From the human T2T-CHM13v2.0 reference genome, Homo sapiens, in assembly GCF_009914755.1 (NCBI RefSeq), contig NC_060926.1: DNA of 64,000 nt; one strand, given 5' to 3'. Below, one piece after another: positions 25,755 through 39,610 of the stretch. The first letter of the stretch is position 1. The number at the start of each line of letters is the position of its first letter. Made by a program: the position numbers and the translations under genes. The notes under the pieces were generated by a model. That model made no database searches, was not told the origin of the DNA, and worked only from the letters and a program-made list of their open reading frames with translations.

Positions 25755-26250
25755 TTATCCATACATACTGAGTATTTCCCACCTATAAGGCATAGTGCTA
25801 GGTAATGCAAGGAAGAACATAATATAAGCTTTGTTTTATGTTGAATTGAATATGATAGCTCATAAATGTAAATGACAGAAAAGAGGTATGTGGCAAAAGG
25901 ATAGTACAGAAAAGGAAGGGATTAACTGTTTGGCACAACATAGTCTTTAGGGAAGCAGTCTTGCTTGAATGGGGCTTTTGATTACAAACAGAAATTAACT
26001 GGATAAATGGGGGTGGTAAAAAAAGAGTATTGGCAATAGAGTGAAATAGAATTGCATATTCAGAAAACTACACATAGTTAGTTATCCTGTAATTTAAAAT
26101 GAAGATTTATAGCAATAAGTGGGAGATGAGTATAAAATACAGAGATGTGATTCTGTAGGGTCACATGACCCATGATAATACCTTTGTTATATGGACAGTG
26201 GCAAGCTACTGAAAGATTTTTAAAACCAGAAACTATGATAAAAGCTGTTA
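25755..26250 (-). mobile_element. L2 relic
   Basis: tactgagt...ggcatagtgctaggt and ggcaagctactgaaagatttttaa; boundaries approximate. Confidence 0.5.
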
Positions 26251-26379
26251 CTCACATAAACAATTGCTTCTTGCTTTAGGAAATATGTGATTTATATTTT
26301 CCAAATAAAAAAGAAAACAATTGAATCATTCCAAAGTCATACAAATTTTAGTTTTGGATGGGGCCTAAGGAGTATTCAA

Positions 26380-26500
26380 GGCCAATCTCCACTTTGTACA
26401 GATAAAGAAATTAAGATTCTTAGATACATAATGAGAATTTTAAGGTCTTACCACCAGGCAGGTGCAGAGCTGGACTGGAATGCAAGTCTCTTAATTAATT
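26380..26500 (-). mobile_element. MIR
   Basis: ccactttgtacagataaagaaattaagatt...gcagagctgg. Confidence 0.55.
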
Positions 26501-27860
26501 TTTCGGAGTTATTTGAAGATTTCACATCACTGTGACTTTGGAAGATTGTTGCAAAATGTCATCACCTGGCACTGCTTGGTCCCAATCATCATTCTCCTAT
26601 AATAGCTTTTATCTTTAGCTTTCGTTAATGCTGATTTTTAGGGTTCCTTGTCTTTCAGACGAATGTTTGGCATATGCTTGGTTAATAGGAGTAGCATTTG
26701 GTTTTTATGTGACTTCTTTTAATCTGAATCTGGTTGAAAACAAAGTGAATTCTGGCGACTATCTATGCCCCAGCCCCAGCATGGAAGTTCAAATACAGAA
26801 TAGCTGTGTATTGGCAGAGTCCCAAGACTGAAACAGAAGGAGATGCCAAAGGTCTGATGACAGAGTCAAGGTTTTTGGCTTATCTATGAAGGAAAATTAA
26901 CACATGTGCTTTAAATGAAAAATACCCCATCTTCATGCAAAATGCAGCAATATCAATTACTAGGGTAAAGTCTATTCATATCTTATTTCAGAAGAAGGCG
27001 GGTTATTTTTCATTCTGGACGCACTGATTGTTATTCAATAACCTTGCTGAGTTTTGCCCTTACCTACATTTATCAACTATGAGAGTTGTTCACAAAATAA
27101 GTTTATGAGGTTAATTACCAGCACATTATGCAGAATGCAGAAAATTTGATGGTGGTTGAATATTATGCTGGCATAGGAGGGAACGTTTCAAAGAGCTCAG
27201 CTCTGATTGTTTGTGATATGGTGTTTCCTTAATTAAGAATGGCTGTTTGTATACATATGCACTCCCCACCCAAGGTGCGTGCCAAGGTTTAATTTTTTTA
27301 ACTCAACATTTCTTTCAGTTGTAAAAAGTCAAGATAAATTTATTGAGTTGTTGAAAAAATGCTAATACTTAATACTTTTAAATTGCTGTTTAAGAAAGGA
27401 GCTTTTCCACCAATCTAAGTGAACTTGAGTTTTAAAAGAAAATGTACTTATGTGTGTTTCTGAGTGTGTGTGTGTTTGTGATTATATGATAATCATAGAC
27501 TGCTTAGTTTTCCTCACAAAGCTGTTGGTATATCATTAGTCAACTAAGGCTTTCAGTTTTTACACTGATATTTAAATGGAATTTATATTTTAAACATTTG
27601 CTTGATTAAGAGATGAGCATCAGTCTGCTTCTTGAGATTCATGAACTAATAACTTTCAGCATATTTTGAATAAAACAAAATGGAAAAGTAGAAGACTGGA
27701 CAGAAGCATATGTATACCTAGCAGTCTGTTGTGTTTATACAATTAACATTTTATGGACACCATTACCCTCTATTTGTTAAGCTTAACATATTTAATCAGG
27801 CTTTGGGATTACTGAGCAACAATCAGCCTTTTAATTTTTTTTAGAAATTGAAAGTTTTAA

Positions 27861-28178
<318 letters not shown>

Positions 28179-28344
28179 GAGAAGAGGATGTCTTTTTGTC
28201 ATTTTTATAGTCCCAGGAAAATTGGGAGAATTCCTAGATAGCTATGGATCACAACACCTTGTAAAGTATGATGTACCAGAAATTATTTTTCTGTCTGAGA
28301 AAGTTTATTTTTTCTCATTTTTATTTTAGGTTATTTTTAGGTGC

Positions 28345-28700
28345 CATTCCATCCAGCTAAAATTGTCTTCGTCTAGACCTTGAATAACTGACTCCTGGTT
28401 GTCACTCAGGTCTCAATTCAAATGGCCTCTCCTCAAAGAGGTTCTCCTGATAATCTAGTCCACGGGATCCCATTCCCTAACATTAGTCACTGTCTCTCTC
28501 TCCACATGTTTTTTTCATTATCTCCATTATACTTAGAACTGTCAGAAAATATCCATTTGCATTTCTGTTTACTTGGTTATTGTCTGTCTTCTGTTTCTAA
28601 AATGTAACGACTTTGGTAGTCCCTGTAACCACCATATTCCCATTATTTAGAATGGGAGTACTGTAGTTCAAAAGCATTGATTGAATAGAAGAAAGAACAA
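28345..28700 (+). mobile_element. L2 3' region
   Basis: caggtctcaattcaaatggcctctcctcaaagagg...tttacttggttattgtctgtct. Confidence 0.65.
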
Positions 28701-29439
28701 AGGAGAACTTCTTATATGTGGTGTTTTCCATAATACATCCAGTAAGTAATGTAAGTGTGTGAAACAGGCTAGGTATGGTGATTAATGAGGATTAGTGGAA
28801 GGTGTAAAGACTGTGATGAAATGTAGAACATCTGCCTCATCTGAACTCAGCTCTGTTATTATGATGCATTTGGACTCCCAAATGCTAGATTTTATGTGTA
28901 ATTCATGACTTTTAATGTTGGAAAAATAAGTGTTTGAATTCTTACTGGCCAAAAATCTATGTCCTTGTGCCATTTAAATCTCTTTGAGCCTCTTGTTTGC
29001 AACCACAGCTATAAAATTAAATATGACAGTGGACAGAGGATTAAAAAATGCCAGGAATTTGGATAGGACATGTCATTCCAAATAATTTATATATTACATT
29101 ATATTTCCATCCATAAAGATAAATTCAGTTGTAAGAGAAACCCAAAAATAATAGTGGTTTAAATAAGATAGAAGTTTTATTTTATCTCGTAATGAGACAT
29201 GGTATCTTGACTTTGTAGATTTCGTTACTTCACCATTCTTACAAATGAGTTTTGTCTCATGGTCCTCAGTAACTGCTTCATCTCAAGCCATCTGTCTCTA
29301 CTCCAATGAGCAGAGTGAAGGAAGGTAATGGCAGAAAAGTGATAAAAGAATATTAATTACTCAATTCTTAGGAAACTTCCCTGCAATCTAAGATATATAT
29401 TCTATATAATTCTAAGATATATATTCTCTACAATTTTAA

Positions 29440-29830
29440 ATTATTCAGAAAATATTTACTGAGAGGAATTGGGTATGAATACATGACACATTTTTTTATT
29501 TGTCCTCTAGGATATAGTGATTAGAAGGCATCATTCTGGAAGATGGGGAAACACCAGTGAACAAAATGACATCTGCCTTCATGGAATTTATGTGCAGGCA
29601 GAAGAAAGACAAAATTAAAAGTGACATGGAAGTAAAATATATTATATGTTATATACAGGTGGATAAATTCAGTGTATCTGTCATGTATGACAGATAAATA
29701 TCCTGTCATACATGTGCAGAGGCAAGCCTGGGGTGCACAAGTAATAAACCATTGCAATAATCCAAGTAGAAAGTGTTGAGGGCCTATATTCGCAGGACAA
29801 CTGGTGAAGTATTTTTGAGGTAGAATCAGC
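29440..29830 (-). mobile_element. L2 relic
   Basis: aatatttactgag...cagtgaacaaaatgacatctgccttcatggaattta...gcaataatccaagta. Confidence 0.55.
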
Positions 29831-30744
29831 AGGATACGGTAGTCAGCTGAAGAGAACAGATGTCTGAATTTTTCATATCACGATTCTCCTTGTAATATAA
29901 ACATTTTTCTTTTAAAAAATTACTGCAAGTGGACTCTTTGGAACAATACCTCTTTATTTTTGGTGCTTTTAATGGTTGTAGGAAAAAGATCTTTAGAGCA
30001 ACAGGACAAAAAAAAGAGTAAATGATCTTTCTAGTCTCATGCTTTGCCATGAATATTGTCCCATCTGGCCCCTGCAATCTCCATCTCTACTACTGAAAGG
30101 ATATTCCATAAAGCATTTATGAGTTCCAGCTTTAGCGTACGGGAGTCTGTGACCCACAAATTGGCAAGGCAGACCACTATAGGCGGAATAATCATGTATT
30201 TTTAAAAACTGGCATCTTTCAATTGTGAGAAAAAATGATAGTGTGAATTAGACCATATGCCTGTTCTCGGAATGTAATTATTACTGGCTCTAGCTAACAT
30301 CGCCTGAATCTCAAATACAAACTAAAGAAGATCTGTGGCTTTGATACATGCTGAGAAACTTTCAATGATGTAACAAAGCATCTGAATTGGGAAGCAGGAA
30401 AAAGCTTTAACTCTTTTGCTTAATATGATGTAATTTAGTAAATATCTTCTGTATGGTATGATATGTAAAGGTGTATGTTGTAGGGATATGTTTCTGGTTG
30501 ATGAATTGAAAAGTAAAGGGAACAAAAAACAGTTATTCAACTGGTTAAATGACTCTACAAGATACCAGGCTATAATTTTGACTGACATTGTAACTCAAAT
30601 GACCTTGGCTGACAATAGCCTATGTTATGGTATTGCTTAGACATATCTTAAAGAAGGCCATCAAGCCTCAAAATAGTAAAAATATCCAGAACAGAAAAAA
30701 ATCCAACAACATGGAAAGCTCAAGCTCAACTTTGGGATAAGATG

Positions 30745-31107
30745 TGACATGGTTTGGCTGTGTCCCCACCCAAATCTCATCTTGAATTGTAGTTCCCGTA
30801 TTCCCCACGAGTCATGGGAGGGACCCAGTGGGAGGTAATTGAATCATGGGAGCAGTTACCTCCATGCTATTCTCCTGATAGTTCTCATGAGATCTGATTG
30901 TTTTATAAGGGGCTTTTCACCCTTTTGCTTCGCACTTCTCCTTCCTGCCACCATGTGAAGAAGGCCATATTTGCTTCCCCTTCTGCCATGATTGTTTCCT
31001 GAGGCCTCCCCAGCCATGCGGAACTGTGAGTAAATTAAGCCTCTTTTCTTTATAAATTACTCAGTCTCAGGCAGTTCTTTATAGCAGCATAAGAACGGAC
31101 TAATAGA
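30745..31107 (+). mobile_element. THE1C-like solo LTR (MaLR)
   Basis: tgacatggtttggctgtgtccccacccaaatctcatcttgaattgtag start, ggactaata end; perfect 5-bp TSD agatg (30740-30744, 31108-31112). Confidence 0.95.
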
Positions 31108-31159
31108 AGATGGTTTTGTGTCTTCAGAACAAGCTACTCTACTTTCATCTGTACAATAT

Positions 31160-31300
31160 CAACAGAAAAGTGTAGTAGAAAACTAAATGAAAATAATCAG
31201 AGACACCTGGCTGTTTACAGCTGGTATGTTTATTCACCTTTCTTGTGATCCTAAAAATGTTTTTAAGTTTCCTGTGCCTCAGTTTCTTTATTTATTGACT
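31160..31300 (+). mobile_element. MIR
   Basis: ctgtgcctcagtttcttta core. Confidence 0.5.
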
Positions 31301-31899
31301 GAATATTACATTTCAAAAAATACTAAAAATGTAAAATTACATTTATAGGGTGCTGAGTCTCCAGCAAGGAAAAGTAAATGTTTCAATCCACTTGTTCCTA
31401 GTTCTTGCCTTTGTAACAAATAGAAGTTAAAAATATAATTTTTCAGGACAAGAGGAAAATTCCCATGTGGTTTCTCCACCCCTGATTTTGGCCATATTTA
31501 TTTTGATGGAAATTTCTAGGGGAGGGGAAAAACATGTGCTTATGCTATTTTGTATAGGTAGAGCTGTTTGATAAGTAATAAAGGAGTAGATTGAAGATGA
31601 CATGTGAAGGATCATGAAAAAGTATCCTAGCCAGAATACAATTCTCTTAGCTAGCCTTGGTGATTGAAAAACCACTGCTAGCACTATTCTCATAAGCTGG
31701 AGTAAAGAATCACAAAATTGGTCTTAATCAAATGAAAGCAATCACCTTATTTAAGACCTCATTGATCTCCTTTAATTTTGGTATATGTTAACCCATGAGA
31801 ACTAAAAAGCATTTGTCAGAGATCACAATTTCTTTCTAACCAGCTTAACTTTCTCCATCCTCAATAGACCCTCTCACAAGAGCTCAGGTTATCTCTGTG

Positions 31900-32300
31900 T
31901 AGATATAAGAAAGATTTTTGCCGCTGCCTCTTCCTATCTCAAACTATTGCCTTCTTCTCCCTGCCCCTGTTTCCATCTTTTCTTATCACTCTTCATTTCT
32001 TAACAACTTTTAATCTAGTTTCTAACTGTGTAACACTACTGAAACATGCTCATTAATATACCCCTTTCTTTTTAAATCTTACATCTTTTGTTTATGCTTC
32101 ATTCTCCCTATAGCCTCACTAGCACTGAGCAAAGTAAATGTCCTTCTTTACTTGAAATTCATTTCTCTTTTTGCCTCTGTTGCCCGGAATACTCTTGTTC
32201 ACCTTATACTTCTTTGGATACTCTTTCTGTCTCTTTAGGTGGTTCTCCCTTCTCCTGACCCCTAAATTTAGAATTTCCCAAATCCAATTTTGCTTCTTAA
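31900..32300 (+). mobile_element. L2 relic
   Basis: Pyrimidine-rich L2-like text (actactgaaac...cttgaaattcatttctct...tgacccctaaat). Confidence 0.45.
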
Positions 32301-33209
32301 CATTTGAAGATTAGGGCTAACTATTGCAAGACATTCTTTCCAGACTGGCTGCAGCAAAGCTTCATAGAAACTGGTACACTGAATGCTTAAGGCAATCAAT
32401 CTTGGCAGTGCTACAATGTCAGTTCAGGGCAAGGTTCTGCCAGGATGCATAACTGTAACTAGTGGACTTGTGCCCCACACCTTGATCGTGCTGGTGGTGG
32501 GGATAAGACTCCTACAACCACAAATACTGGAGTGATAGATCAGCACTCCACTAGCCTTACAGCTGTAGTCTCAAGGCTTGGACCTAGTTTCCTGATTGCT
32601 CCAGAGGAGGGAGACTGGTGCTCTCTCAACCAATGAGTGCTTAGATGTTGGACTACATTTGAGCCTAGGTTCTGCGATATCATACCAGTATTGAATCTCA
32701 GTTCCTAATAATGCCATGAAAGATGGGTACCTCCCCAGTCAAGGAGCTTAGAAGCCCCCAGGCCAAGGGTCAGGTTCCTCTCTAGAAGTCTAATATATCT
32801 TTATATGCTGCCACAGACTGCAAAGAGCCAGAGTCACGCATACCTACTATTACTGCTTTCATTTCTGTGACTTTTCCCCAATAATGGTATTCCAGAAGGC
32901 TGGTGTGTGTGCTTTCTGATAATTCTGCTTAACTTGATTCACAGCCTTCTTTTTCTCAAGGTGTTTACCCACTTCCATGACTCTCTATTTACACTGAGTT
33001 CAGTGGCAGAGAGTCCAGTTTATTACATCTTGTGTTACCAATCCCTAGCATGAAGGCTGCTAAAGGTAATCATTTTGCTCTACCAAACTCTACAAGCCAC
33101 CAGCAGGAAGTCATGGGCATTTTTTGAGTAGGATAATAACATCATCAAAGCAGTTTTTTAGATGCATTTTCTCTTTAAAAATAGCTCCCTTTGTTTTCCT
33201 TCTGTCTTT

Positions 33210-33580
33210 GTGAAGAATATAATCATTGACTGTCACCCAAGCCCAATACCTTGGAGTCATTTCTGAATTTTCAATCTGTCAGACTTTATTATGTTAGTGA
33301 CAATGGGAGGATGAGGGGATATAATATTGGTTACAAATTTTGATTGCTCCACATTACCTTTCTTCTTGGATGTCATGTAAACTCTGGGCAGGAACCAAAC
33401 TACCAAACAGCTCTGTAGTAGTAGCTTTTCACATTATTGTTATTAAACTATTTCTTTTGTAAATGCCTTGTCTCCTCATCTAAATTAAAAGCTCTCTAAG
33501 GGCAGTGACCCTATTCTGCAGTACCTGCACAGTTTTGTGCATAACTACTGCTGAGGAAATATTGGTTGAATTTGATTAGA
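33210..33580 (+). mobile_element. L2 3' region
   Basis: cttggagtcattt...aagctctctaagggcag...aaatattggttgaat. Confidence 0.55.
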
Positions 33581-34924
33581 TGATGATAATGCCAAGGTCA
33601 GTCATCCTTCAGTTACATAAAAGAACAAAAACACGAGGAGGAGAGAAGCATCACAGGGTAATCACGAGTGAAAAGGAGCTAGGAGATGTTGAAAGACTGT
33701 CGTCCATCTCCCAATTTTCATTAGATAAGGTCTTAAAGAGTTTAAATCCCACCTTTACCAATTATCATAAACATACATCCTTTCAGCTATACCCCAGACA
33801 ACTGATGCTTTCTAGCCTGATGACAAGGTGTTCTCTAATTAAACCAAGGAAGTCCTCTGTTTTTCCTGTTGAAAACCATAGGAAAGGTAAACATGGAAAC
33901 ATTTATTATGTTCCCTGACACACATAAAATTATTCTGAGGTAATTTGTAGACAAAATTCACAGACAAAATAAACAAGCCTATGTTTCTCTGAAGGGCAAC
34001 AGCTTCTACAAATGTCCGACCTTGTTTGCAGGGTTCAGGACAGCATTACGAGATCTCCCAATCTGAAATTAACGCCATCCATCTACACACCAGCAAGTGT
34101 CTAGAGAGGTGGCACCCAGAGAATCAGCTTGCAGACTGAGTGGGAATTGAAGGCCCAGGTTACCTGGGTCTTAGGAGCAAAATTTGTTTTTATGCGCTCA
34201 TCAAGCCAATGCCTGCCTATTCCATCAGCAATTTCATTTTGTGAACTTGTTAAGAAACGTATTGGTATTGTACAAAATATTTAACAAAAGAGCTCTGAAT
34301 TTAGTTGTGGAGATTTCAGCATTATTATGCCTGTGCAGAACTATACCATATGTTTAAAAATAAAATTCAGCATGTAGAGATAATGTCGCATCATTCCGCA
34401 TTCCTTTTCTTCTTGTCTCAAAGTTCCAATGCAAGGCTTCTTCATCTGTCATTTTCTGTGTATGTGCATCTTTATGTTTTATGTGGTTTTTGTAGCTCAG
34501 CAACAACATACTGATGCCTTCGATGGCATTTTGTCTACTCCCCTTCTTTAAGAGAGTTCGTATTATGATAGGCAAACCTAAAAAATTAGAATCCCTCAGA
34601 GGGGACTCTATTAACTGATCCCCTTTATACTTCTGCAGCTTCATCAGCCACCAACCACTCCTCATGTTGAACCTTCTATTCTAGAACTGGAATTATATGT
34701 AGTTCTCTCAAACACTGGGCCTTCACACATCTATGTGTCTTTGCATTTGCTATTTCCTCTGGCTACATATTTCCTGTACAAATAATAAAATCATAAATTG
34801 TATCTGGCTTGAAAGTAATACTTTGATATATGAAGATTCCTAATCTTTATTATGAAAGGAGGAAGGAGAAAGAAAAAAATGGTGTAAAGGTATAGAGTCT
34901 TTTTCCTCTGAGGTTATAGAAGAA

Positions 34925-35075
34925 ATTTTTACTTTGCCACTTTCCTCTGTGCAAGTTATGAAGCCTCTTTGAGTCTTAGTTTCTCATATGAAAAAATGAG
35001 GATCATAATATACATGTCATGTGGTTGTTATGAGGATTAAATAAGGTCATATGAAATGTTATGGGCAAAGTAAAT
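34925..35075 (+). mobile_element. MIR
   Basis: gcaagtta...gagtcttagtttctcat...ggttgttatgaggattaaataag. Confidence 0.65.
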
Positions 35076-36213
35076 AGTAGTTTTTTGTTTATTTCAGACC
35101 ATCATTTCTATGACTTCAAGACTTTCTCTCAGCTAGGGCCCTTATGATTCTGTGAGTATTAATTTTTTTCTTTAGGGCTGTCTAAGAATAGGTATCAAGA
35201 GACATTAATCTCCTATATATTTATTTTTTGTATATGTCTTCTCGAGGCTTATCTAAATTAATATTATTCACTCTTAAAAGAATAAAACATTCAATTACAT
35301 TTAAGAGCTTTAGCAAACATGTATAGGGTAAGGGTGGAGGTACTGTCAGAATTTAGAGACCTTAGTACAACTGTATTTCACAGGAAGAAAGTCAGCAAAC
35401 AGGCCCTTCTCCATCATCCTCCCTCCAGAATCACAACATCCTTTCTTATTTTTCTGTGTGCTCATTCTCCATTCTGCTCTCTGTAGATAAGTTTCTTTCA
35501 TACCATTTGTGATGTCTGTTCTACTGTGATTTCAGCTCCTCTGCATCTCTGTTTGTTGTAACTTTATAGCTCTAGTGTTTAACAGCAGAAGACCCTCAGT
35601 GTCTTTATCCCCTAGTTCACATTATCATTAGCTAGGTTGTCATCTTTGTTCCAGCCTGCTCTGGCCAGGGAAGTTAGCATTACAGCTGGTGGAATATGTC
35701 CCCTGGTGGATGGACACTCCACACCCCGATAGCAGTGTCGTGGAAGACGATTTGGGTCTGAAGCCAAAGGGTAGCAACTCTATTAAAGGGTTTACTGTTA
35801 AATCTTACTAGGGTTTGAGGCTACCTGAAACCGAGATGAAGTTCTCAAGATCTATCAGAGGATTTGGCTGGTTTAGAAACAGGGTAGAGAGCAGGTCTAA
35901 CGATTGACCTCAGCTTTTGGATTTGGCAAACTTTTCTTGTCTTATTTGGTTTCCAATCCACTTTCCAGAAACCATTCTTCTGTAAACAGTCCTCCCATCT
36001 TGTCTCATTTAGATTTTCTGGGGTTACTGAAGCTTCAAGTCAGAGGAAGGATGGAATAAGAACATAAAGCAACTGTGGTTTCCAGTTTCTCCCCCAGGTT
36101 TGATTTACAGGTTTCAAATAGGTGTTGTGTAAACTGAAGTGCAAATTAAATGAGATACTCTACTAGAAAAATAGTGTCACAGGTAAGTGACAAAAATTTT
36201 ATACTGACCTGGC

Positions 36214-36750
36214 TGTGGCAGACATTGTGGCTGTCTCCCAACATCACCTTCACCACTTTCCTGTTATGCTATCCTCATGGAAGGTAGATGAGATTGACTC
36301 ACTGCAGTATCTGAGTAGGTGAGGTCAGACTTGTTAAAGCCACAAGGCCATAGTTATTGCTTTAGGAAATCTGGTTCTAAGCTCATCAGCTATGGAAATC
36401 CTCTGGCCACAGAAATTATGTAAAAATGAACATTTCACTGAATTTAGTAAATATGTAGCATTTTGTAGGGAAAATACTTTTCTAACAGGTTTACGAAAAA
36501 GGAAGATCTGTCCTTGCCTTGGACAAGGAAATATGTAAATCAGATTGCAACTGGCCATCTTGGTACTATAAGGGAGCAAGTTTTTATATGAAACTTTTTG
36601 TTATGGAAATCAGATTACAGAAATCAAAAGAATGTGAATATTAATGACATTATAGGCTGCATAAGTGAAACAAATCTAATGCTCTTTTAATATTTGTACT
36701 TTTTATCTATATAAATCCATAAATTATCTCTGTTATTTAAGTCATTTGTA
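36214..36750 (+). mobile_element. Old MLT1 (J/K-like) LTR
   Basis: tgtggcagacattgtgg start; ggccatcttgg; boundaries approximate. Confidence 0.45.
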
Positions 36751-36811
36751 GTAATTTGTTTTTTCATTTGTACAAAAAACAATTTCAACTTGATACCCTG
36801 GCATTAGTATG

Positions 36812-36818
36812 CACACAT

Positions 36819-36864
<46 letters not shown>
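36812..36864. repeat. (CA)n microsatellite
   Basis: About 22 uninterrupted CA units. Confidence 0.97.
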
Positions 36865-36865
<1 letters not shown>

Positions 36866-37584
36866 AGTTGTTGGGTTATATAATTCTGATGTTACCAAGT
36901 ATTCTATCTTTAGGCATGGCTGCATTATAGGAACTCAACTGATTACATCAGGATTTGTTTTGTCTCTCTTGAGTCTTTCTTCCATTTAATTGGGTTCATT
37001 TTGTGGTTTCATACAGCAGTTCCTAGAAACTCTGTCCTCACCCCACCACAGTCCAAAAATCGCTATTTATTTCATGAATTCTCAGCCTCAAATCCCAAGG
37101 TAAAGACAAGGAATTTTTTCCCAGAAATCCCAGCCAACACCTTATTGTTCCTCATTTACTCTGATTGCATCTCAAACCTCTCATTGAATAATCAGTGTGA
37201 ACCTAAAAATATGCTACTCAGTCAAATGTCTACCTCTGAAGAAAGGGGTGGAGTAAACTATCCCCAACTGAACATGGTAAAAGTAAAGTGAGGGGTGGTA
37301 CTCCAGAGGAAAATTTGATGTAGTTATCAGATGAACGGATAAAATCTGGGCAGGTACAAAAATAGATATCTACTAAAGATACTATCACATTAAATCAAGC
37401 TTCATTAAAATCAAAAGTTAAATATTTAATAAAGGTTATCAAAAGCTTCAGCATTAAAAATGAAGACTGAAAGAATTTAAGTAATTTTTCCAAGGTCATA
37501 TCCAGTGAATTACAAATTAATTGAGAGTAGAATCCAGAACATCTCCTTCTTAGTCTCAATCTGTTCATAAAAATGGAAAGAAGA

Positions 37585-37949
37585 CATACTATTCCGTTTT
37601 CACACTGCTATAAAGAAATACCCAAGACTGGGTAATTTATAAAGGAAAGAGGTTTAATTGACTCACAGTTCTTTATGGCTGGGGAGGGCTCAAGAAACTT
37701 ACAATTATGGCAGAAGGTGAAGCAGGGACATCTTACGTGGCAGCAGGAGAGAGAGAAGAGTGAGTGAAGGAGGAACTTGCCAAACACTTATAAAACCACC
37801 AGATCTAGTGAGAACTCATTATTATGAGAACAGCATGGAGGAAACCACCCACATGATCCAATCACCTCCCACCAGGTTCTCCTCTCAACATCTGGGAGAT
37901 TACAATTCAAGATGAAATTTGTGTGGGGACACAAAGCCTAACCATATCA
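37585..37949 (-). mobile_element. THE1D/MSTA-like solo LTR
   Basis: cacactgctataaagaaatacccaagactgggtaatttataaagg...gattacaattcaagatga...aaccatatca. Confidence 0.92.
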
Positions 37950-39394
37950 GGAGGTATTAAAAAGAAAAAAAGTTAAGTGCCTCAGTCAGGTTTTTTACAT
38001 GGTATCATTTTGGGGCCATTAACCTACTGGAAGAAGGGTAAAATTTTGTCTTTCTTCATTTTAGGAGAAATAAAATAGATGCTCATATTTAACACAAAAT
38101 TATAATTTAAGGAGAAAATCACCTCAAATATGTCAGAGCATATCTCTGTGAATGCCCTTTTTCTATTTCTTGGCAGGTCTGCATTCTAATTCATTTAATT
38201 ATTAGATTCTTATATGGATTTCTCTTGCTGCCTGGTACTCAGAAATAAAGGAAGTTAATTTGCAAGAATATTTTCTTCCACAGGAAGAATTAAATATAAG
38301 TCAATGACTTACAACTGTCTTAGCAGAGCATCTGAGATCCTGATCTCATCTAAAAAGGCAAGAAGAGGAAGGGAAACATGTCTACAGACTATCATTTTCC
38401 CAGATAAGGAATCAATTTTCATGTAACCACCTTCCAATGAACATGTAAATGAAAAGCAAAAGAAAGAAGCAAAGGCAGCTAAACAATGACTATAGGCTTG
38501 AGAGCTTAGATTCAGAGAGGAATAAGGAGGAAAAATAAAATATCTGTCAGAGTTCAAGGGCTTCAATACAAGGGCCAGTAAGACAGATTCTGAAGTCATG
38601 AGGCTTTCCATTGGCTTCCAAAGCTACAGCTTATGTTTCTCATCTGACACTGGCAGAAGGAACTGTAAGTATTTTATAGGCTACTCACATGTTAGATTTC
38701 CAAAGAGCTTTTGAAAGTATCATAAAGGTTGTAATAAAACATTTTTATATAGAATAGGTCAGAGGTTCTATTTAAAATTCCTTTCAATATAAAATGAACG
38801 TGAGGCATTCTCAGATAGAAACTCTACATAGAGTAGACAGAGAATGTCTAACATAATGACACCAGATTTTGTCCCAACAGAGGGGTCAAAAATAGCTGCA
38901 GTGTAGTACCTCAGGAGCAGTAATTTTGTATTACTAACATTCCGTTAGTAGTACCATGTAGGGGATTTGATTGAGAGCAGAGAGAAAACAGCCCTCCCGT
39001 TATTGGCCTTATGTCTTATTCATGTGTAAAAGAAGAGGTATGCAGTGGTTATCAGCAGTGGTAGACAGAAAAAAAAGAAATACAAGATAGTATGAATTTC
39101 CAGCCATGTTAACATGAAGAGAAGTCATTTATTAATGCATTTATTCATTCATAATTCTTCAAATATTTCTGAATGTTTCCTGTCAGCCAAACTGTAGTAT
39201 TACTCATTTAATTCTTCTAGAAGCACTCTTGTAGAACATGAAGTGTATTCATTGAAAGAAAGATTAGAAAAATGTAAAAAAAAAAAACCAGCTAAGCAAT
39301 TGTGTGCATATATACATATAATGTGAAAAATTATTTTTTAAGTTTTTGTTTAGATATAATTTTAAATTCCAGAGGTGTTACATAAAGAGTTCAA

Positions 39395-39610
39395 AGAGTT
39401 ACTTCTAGGAATGTATGTTAAATAGAAGGAACTAATCAGGCACACGAGCCCATATTTATTTATAAAGATGTTCATTTCAGTCTTATTTCTGACAGTAAAC
39501 TTGTGAAAATAATCTAAATGAATATCAGTTGAGGACTAGTTAAATTAAGATGTGTTTATGTTATCAAATACTGTATAGTCATTAAAATCATGGTCTCAAA
39601 AATTAAATAA
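39395..39610 (+). mobile_element. Old L1M 3' relic
   Basis: acttctaggaat...aagatgttcatttcag...aatctaaatg...tagtcattaaaa. Confidence 0.5.

Noticed and set aside
32310-32960. GC-richer segment, possibly an LTR or exon
   Set aside because: I could not assign a family or ORF; probably an old repeat.
33580-33918. 112-aa ORF
   Set aside because: No recognisable domain or splice context; the length is expected by chance.
38309-38611. 100-aa minus-strand ORF
   Set aside because: No protein-like features I recognise; no supporting exon structure.
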